The notes below the pieces were generated by a model. The model was given only the letters and a program-made list of their open reading frames with translations. It was not told the DNA's origin and searched no databases. Below are positions 59,089 to 64,000 of a stretch of DNA of 64,000 nt, piece after piece. The DNA is from Candidatus Aminicenantes bacterium. Its GTDB lineage: Bacteria; Acidobacteriota; Aminicenantia; Aminicenantales; JAFGBC01. The stretch is taken from the NCBI GenBank assembly GCA_963702005.1, contig OY969696.1:1120001-1184000 (forward strand), in the 5' to 3' direction. How positions within the stretch are numbered: position 1 is the first letter of the stretch; each line of letters starts with the position of its first letter. The translations under genes and the position numbers were made by a program.

Positions 59089-62000
59089 TAGAAATAAACC
59101 TTGATGACGGCCAGGGCGTTCTTCCCGGTCCGCAGCCGGACCGTGTTCCCCTGGACCGGAATAGGCCGTCCATCTCCCTCCATGATGTCGGAGACGGCGG
59201 CCCGGCGGGGCGCCCGCGGAAGCGTGATAACGGCTTCGGATTCAACTCCTTTGGCGTCATACCATTGGAGGATCCAGGCGTCCGAGTCCTCGGCTTTCTT
59301 GATCGTGGTCAGGACGAGGTTGGCTGGTTCGATTTGAATGAAAGATTGGGCGGGGGGCAGGCTTCCTTTGCGGCCGTTCGTCCGGACGGTCAGCAGCGGA
59401 TAGTTGAATTCGTAGCCGCGCTCGACCGTCGCGGCCTGGGTCCAGGGTCCGGCGTGGGGGTAGAGCGCGTATTCGATCGAATGCTTGCCGCGGTCGGCGG
59501 TCGGGTCGGGCCAGATCGGGGAGCGGAGGAGAGAGAGCCGGATCGTCGACCCCTTGACGTCGTAGCCGTATTTCGAATTGTTGATGAGGCTCGCGCCGTA
59601 GTCCGGCCCGGACAGGTCCGCCCAGCGCAGGGCCGGCACCTCGACCTTGGCCTTGTCCCAGGACGTCGCCGTCCCCGTCGAGCGGCGGATCGAGCCGAAT
59701 GGAATCTCGAAGCTGGCCGCGTCGCTCGCGACGGCGAGGGGGAAGGCGACCTTGAGCATGGTCCGCTCCTCCCACCAGTCCACGTCCGTCCTGAAGTCGA
59801 TGCGGTCCAGGCCGGGATAGAGGATGATGTCTTGGGTCAGGAATGTCGACGGGAAGTCCTCGGTCGGAAAATCCTTCTTAACGCCGGGCTTCAGATAGTC
59901 CCGGGTCAGCCGGAGGACGATCCGGACCGGCCCCGGCTCGACGACCTCGGCCGTCCGGAAGGTCGAGGGGAATTCGACGCCGGTTAGGCCGACGTTCCAG
60001 GCGTCCCACTGGGCCGGCTTGTCCTCGAGGAGCTGGAGCCTGTTGGCCGGGCCGCTCAGGATTTCCCTGCCGTTCCGCTTGTCGATGATGCTCCGGATCC
60101 ATCCCGTGGCCGGATCGATCGAGACCTTGAATAATTCATTCTCGATCACGTCCTGCATGGCGCGCAGCGCCGGGCCCGATGCGGACGGCGCTTCGTTCTT
60201 GAGGACGTAGGTTTTATACCCCAGGCTCGGGACCTTGCCGGCGATGAACAGGATATCCCGGGCGTATCTGCCGGCCGTCACGATTTGGGAAGGGACCTCA
60301 TTCCCGGCAAGGTCGCAGATCCGGTGGGCTCCGTCCCCTTCGGGGAGGGCGGCCCGGACGAGATCGGTCCGCTCCCAGGAGAGAGGGTTGAAGACAAGGA
60401 GCGGCGTTCCGTCCTTGACGGACGATGTGTCGGCTTGCCCGGCGATGGCGTCGAGGGCCTTGCCGAGTTCGTGCTTCCCGATGGCTTGGGCGTCCCGGTA
60501 CTCCTCGGCCGAATCGAGATAGACCTCCCGGATGCCCGATCCGGGCAGGATGTCGTGGAATTGATTGAAGAGGACGGTCTTCCAGGCTTCTGCGAGGGCG
60601 GCGTTTCGCGGCTCGGCTCCGAGCGCCGTCGCCAATGTCGAGAACCTTTCAGCCTCGGTCAGCAGGACCTCGCTCGAGCGGTTGAAGGCCTTGTTTTTGG
60701 CTTGGGTCGTATAGGTCCCTTGGTGGTACTCGAGATAGAGCTCGTCCTTCCAGACCGGGAGCCCGGCCGTTCCCTGGGCTTTGATCCAGTCCAGATAGCG
60801 GCCGGCCGTCCCGTGCTCGATGGCCGGGTAGATGTCGAGGGACTTGAGGCGGTCGATCCGGGCCAGCATCTCGAGGGAAGGGCCCCCGCCGTGGTCGCCG
60901 ACCCCGAACAGGATCATCATCTTGGTCAGGCCCGTGTTGGCCTCGAACTGGCGCGTCCAATCCGCGAACCGCAACGGGTCTTCGACGGTGTCGACGTAGT
61001 CGAAGGGAAAATAGGTCAGGATCCGGGTTCCGTCCGGACCCTCCCACCAGAACAGCCGGTAGGGGAAGACGTTCGTCTCGTTCCAGCCGATCTTCTGGGT
61101 GATGAACGCCCCGATCCCGGCCCGGCCGTAGAGTTGGGGCATGTTCCAGTTGTAGCCGAAGGAGTCCGGGTTCCAGCCGATCGTGACGTCCGTCCCAAGC
61201 TTGGAGCGGAAATAGCGCTTTCCGTAGAGGAGGTGCCGCATCCAGGACTCGCCGCTCGGAAGGTTGCAGTCGGGTTCGACCCACATCCCGCCCACGATCT
61301 CCCAGCGGCCGTCCTTGACGCGCTCCCGGATGCCCTTGAAGATGTCGGGGTAGAGTCGTTCCATCCAGTCGTAGAGGGCGGCCTGGCTTTGGGTGTAGCT
61401 GAAGTCGGGGCGGACCGACATCATCCGGAGGACCGAGTCGAAGGTGTTATGAGCGACCTGGACGGTCTCCTTCGCCCGCCAGAGCCAGGCGGCGTCGATG
61501 TGGGCGTTGGCGTCGAAGTAGAGCGTGAAGCGCTTGGCGAAGGCGGCGATCGGCTTGAGCTTGGCGCGGACGCGCGCGACCGAGGCTTTGAACGCGGCCA
61601 GGTCGCCGGCCTCGAGGGCCGCGACGTCGACCTCGGCGGCCAGCTTCTGGAGGAGCGCGTCGAGCTTGATCTTTTCCGCCCGGGCCATTTTGGATTTATC
61701 GATGCCGGGGTCTACTCTTTTATTGGAGCTGGTCTGGTAGGTGTCGAAGCTCAGGAGCTTCTGGCCGACCCGGACGCTCAAGGCCAGGTCGAGGAGCGAT
61801 TGACGATCGTCTTGGGACACCTCCGGCTCGAGCGCGGCCCGGAGAAGCCGGAGCGGGCCGCCGGTATTGACGGCCTTGATGACGACGACGAAGCGGTCGC
61901 CCGGCTTGGCGTTGGGGGTCAGCTCGAAGGAAGCCTCCCAGGGAATGTGTCCCTTTTTCTCGCCGTTGACCCAAAGGTCGCCGTAGTCGTCGACGGCGAC

Positions 62001-62336
62001 GAGAATTTTGACGGACCCGCTCAAGGGCTTGCCCAGGTAGCGGTCGGGGATGACGATGACCTTCCTCAGCCAGCAGGAGTCCAGACTGTAGCGGGCGTGG
62101 AGCTTCATGACGGCCCAGGCCGAATCGTCGTAGTCGGTCCGGCTGAGGGCCGCGGCCCGCGAATCGTCCAGGCCGAGGGACGGGTTGTATCTCCAGTCGT
62201 CGTAGGAAAGCGAGGCCAAGGCATCCAGCTTGCCGGTGAGCTTGTCGACGCCGGTCTGGGCGGCAAGATAAAAGGGGAGAGATCCGATAACGAGCGCTAC
62301 GAAGGCGATAATTTTTGTGTTCGTTTTTTTCTTCAT
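59088..62336 (-). CDS. GH38 alpha-mannosidase, exported
   Basis: signal peptide; AHIDAAWLW, GGMWVEPDCN, WNPDSFG, GDHGGGP, ELYLEYHQGTYT, NQFHDILPGS, LSLLRSP. Confidence 0.95.
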   Translation of the reverse strand: MKKKTNTKIIAFVALVIGSLPFYLAAQTGVDKLTGKLDALASLSYDDWRYNPSLGLDDSRAAALSRTDYDDSAWAVMKLHARYSLDSCWLRKVIVIPDRYLGKPLSGSVKILVAVDDYGDLWVNGEKKGHIPWEASFELTPNAKPGDRFVVVIKAVNTGGPLRLLRAALEPEVSQDDRQSLLDLALSVRVGQKLLSFDTYQTSSNKRVDPGIDKSKMARAEKIKLDALLQKLAAEVDVAALEAGDLAAFKASVARVRAKLKPIAAFAKRFTLYFDANAHIDAAWLWRAKETVQVAHNTFDSVLRMMSVRPDFSYTQSQAALYDWMERLYPDIFKGIRERVKDGRWEIVGGMWVEPDCNLPSGESWMRHLLYGKRYFRSKLGTDVTIGWNPDSFGYNWNMPQLYGRAGIGAFITQKIGWNETNVFPYRLFWWEGPDGTRILTYFPFDYVDTVEDPLRFADWTRQFEANTGLTKMMILFGVGDHGGGPSLEMLARIDRLKSLDIYPAIEHGTAGRYLDWIKAQGTAGLPVWKDELYLEYHQGTYTTQAKNKAFNRSSEVLLTEAERFSTLATALGAEPRNAALAEAWKTVLFNQFHDILPGSGIREVYLDSAEEYRDAQAIGKHELGKALDAIAGQADTSSVKDGTPLLVFNPLSWERTDLVRAALPEGDGAHRICDLAGNEVPSQIVTAGRYARDILFIAGKVPSLGYKTYVLKNEAPSASGPALRAMQDVIENELFKVSIDPATGWIRSIIDKRNGREILSGPANRLQLLEDKPAQWDAWNVGLTGVEFPSTFRTAEVVEPGPVRIVLRLTRDYLKPGVKKDFPTEDFPSTFLTQDIILYPGLDRIDFRTDVDWWEERTMLKVAFPLAVASDAASFEIPFGSIRRSTGTATSWDKAKVEVPALRWADLSGPDYGASLINNSKYGYDVKGSTIRLSLLRSPIWPDPTADRGKHSIEYALYPHAGPWTQAATVERGYEFNYPLLTVRTNGRKGSLPPAQSFIQIEPANLVLTTIKKAEDSDAWILQWYDAKGVESEAVITLPRAPRRAAVSDIMEGDGRPIPVQGNTVRLRTGKNALAVIKVYF

Positions 62337-62534
62337 TGTCTGTTTCCTCGTCAGGGCGTTCTGTCTCTACTTGAATTATATATAATAATTCAGCCTAGAA
62401 ATAAATAATCGGCAGGAAAGAAATTTTGTTCCGGGAAGGGGGGGAAGATAATTTCCAATATAAGGTCTTTTCGTCCGACTAAAACTATGGCCTGTCGATT
62501 CAATCCGCCTCCGGGCGGAGGGAGAAAGACTGCG

Positions 62535-62666
62535 ATGAATGAGATCATGACCTATTTCCAAAATCTTCCCAATGGCGATCTCGCTCTCTGGGCCGTCATC
62601 CTCTTCCTCCTGATCGTGGAGCTGGTCATCCATAATAACGCGACCAGGAAACGCCCCCTTATTTAG
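62535..62666 (+). CDS. 43-aa single-TM microprotein (not in ORF track)
   Basis: GGAGGGAG RBS; MNEIMTYFQNLPNGDLALWAVILFLLIVELVIHNNATRKRPLI. Confidence 0.5.
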   Translation: MNEIMTYFQNLPNGDLALWAVILFLLIVELVIHNNATRKRPLI

Positions 62667-62723
62667 GCCGGATCGCCCCTGCCCTAGCCCGCGCCCTGCC
62701 GACCGTTTTGGGAATCGGTCCGC

Positions 62724-64000
62724 TCAGAGCCCGCTCGACCGTCCGCAGTAATAATCGATCATCCGCTGGATGGCCCGCCTGCAAACCAGGCAGAACTCCT
62801 GCTTGGGACTCGAAATCATCAGGCAGTAGATCTGGGGCCTGTACAAGCCCTTGGCCGCGTAGCCGGCGCCCTCGAAAACCCCGACCTTGTCCTCCAACTG
62901 GGAGTATTGTTTCCGTATATCCGCGACCTTTTTCATGATCTCCTGGTCCAGCTTGCGATACTTCTCGTCGATCTTCTTGACCTGGGAGCCGGAAAGCTTA
63001 TTCTGTTTCGCCCGCTCGGCTTCGTCCTTCTGGGCCTCGCGGTTCTTGGTCCTCTCGGCGAATAGGGCTTCGATCTTGTCTTTCCCGTACTCGGTCGGGA
63101 TCGGAATCCCGGGCGAGAGGAGGTCCTTCCACTTCACGTTGGCGGGGTCGAGCAGGGCCGTTATGTTGGGCTCGAGCGGCTCGACGCCCTTGGGGTAGAA
63201 GTCGTTGTAGCTGACTTCGGAGGCGTAATACTCATCGGCCAGCCCGGCGAAGGAGTGGCCGAATTCGTGGATGAAGACGCCCCGGCTGGCCGGGCTGTCG
63301 ACGGTCGTGACGGCGTAGTCGTTGTAGATGCCGCCGCCGCCGTAGCGGGGGCTGTTGACGAGGACGACGATCGTGTCGTAGGGGACCTGGCCGGCCATGG
63401 CCCTCAGCCGGTGGCCCTGCTCGATGAGCATATAGCGGTCGAGGTCGAAGGCGTTGAAGGAGGCGTCGAGCCCGGTCCGCTTGAAAGCGCCCTGGCGCGG
63501 CTCGTCCATGCCCCGCTCCGGCGAAGGCCGGAAGACGCCGGTCACGTTGAACGAGGTCTTGGCGCTCTTGTAGGGCTCGAACTCGAAGAGATGGCCCGTG
63601 AAGCGGTCGACGTCAGCCTTGAACTTGTCCTTGTCCTCGAGCGTGTAGCCCTCGGCCAGGAAGACGAGGTCGGCCTTGTCGTGGGGATCGCCGTTCTTGA
63701 GAGCTTCGTAGATGAAATCTCCGGTCGCGGCCGTTTCTTTGACGATGTGGTAGTCGGAGGGATCGATCGTCGTCGTGAAGATGGGATGGGGGATGTTCGT
63801 CCGGTCGCGCGACTCGATCACGAGGAGGACCGGCCGCTTGGGGCAGGGGATGCGGACCGAGCGGGGATAGACGCGCTTGACGCCGTTGAGGGCGGGGGTC
63901 GTCGTCTTATACTCGCCGTACATCGTGTCGAAGCCGCGCTTGTAGATGAGGCGGTTCGAGGCGATCTCGTAAACTTTGACGATAGAGCGTCCGAGCTCGA
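62724..64000 (-). CDS. M64 family (IgA peptidase-like) metallopeptidase, 5' end outside window
   Basis: LAEGYT, YGGGGIYN, HEFGHSFAGLADEY, EPNIT, FEGAGY…YRP..YCLM…FC.VC; frame stays open to the window edge. Confidence 0.92.
   Translation of the reverse strand, partial: ELGRSIVKVYEIASNRLIYKRGFDTMYGEYKTTTPALNGVKRVYPRSVRIPCPKRPVLLVIESRDRTNIPHPIFTTTIDPSDYHIVKETAATGDFIYEALKNGDPHDKADLVFLAEGYTLEDKDKFKADVDRFTGHLFEFEPYKSAKTSFNVTGVFRPSPERGMDEPRQGAFKRTGLDASFNAFDLDRYMLIEQGHRLRAMAGQVPYDTIVVLVNSPRYGGGGIYNDYAVTTVDSPASRGVFIHEFGHSFAGLADEYYASEVSYNDFYPKGVEPLEPNITALLDPANVKWKDLLSPGIPIPTEYGKDKIEALFAERTKNREAQKDEAERAKQNKLSGSQVKKIDEKYRKLDQEIMKKVADIRKQYSQLEDKVGVFEGAGYAAKGLYRPQIYCLMISSPKQEFCLVCRRAIQRMIDYYCGRSSGL

Overview
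GC-rich bacterial chromosomal window, densely coding, with no rRNA, tRNA, CRISPR array, transposase or prophage recognised. The gene content suggests an anaerobic peptide- and polysaccharide-fermenting bacterium such as Ca. Aminicenantes or a deltaproteobacterium (inference only). It carries two secreted beta-propeller proteins, an RRM protein, gdhA with a PPDK-like partner, several PAS/histidine-kinase and c-di-GMP signalling genes, AddAB-type helicase/nuclease, endonuclease V, peptidases, GH3/GH38/GH51 glycosidases and transporters. The best candidate for an undescribed system is a tightly coupled minus-strand operon at 42630-49105. It encodes a 1333-aa exported C25 (gingipain/PorU-like) cysteine peptidase, a PqqD/RRE, a radical SAM-SPASM enzyme, a 60-aa Cys-containing precursor with a YxxP leader and C-terminal Ser, and an HPr-kinase-like protein. 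A consensus sigma54 promoter and a palindromic candidate enhancer lie upstream. Other notable items are a stand-alone exported LanC-like protein, a 20-bp inverted repeat bracketing an ABC module, REP-like palindromic repeats abutting -35 boxes, a frameshifted sodium:solute symporter followed by three membrane microproteins, and an internally deleted OsmC-like remnant.
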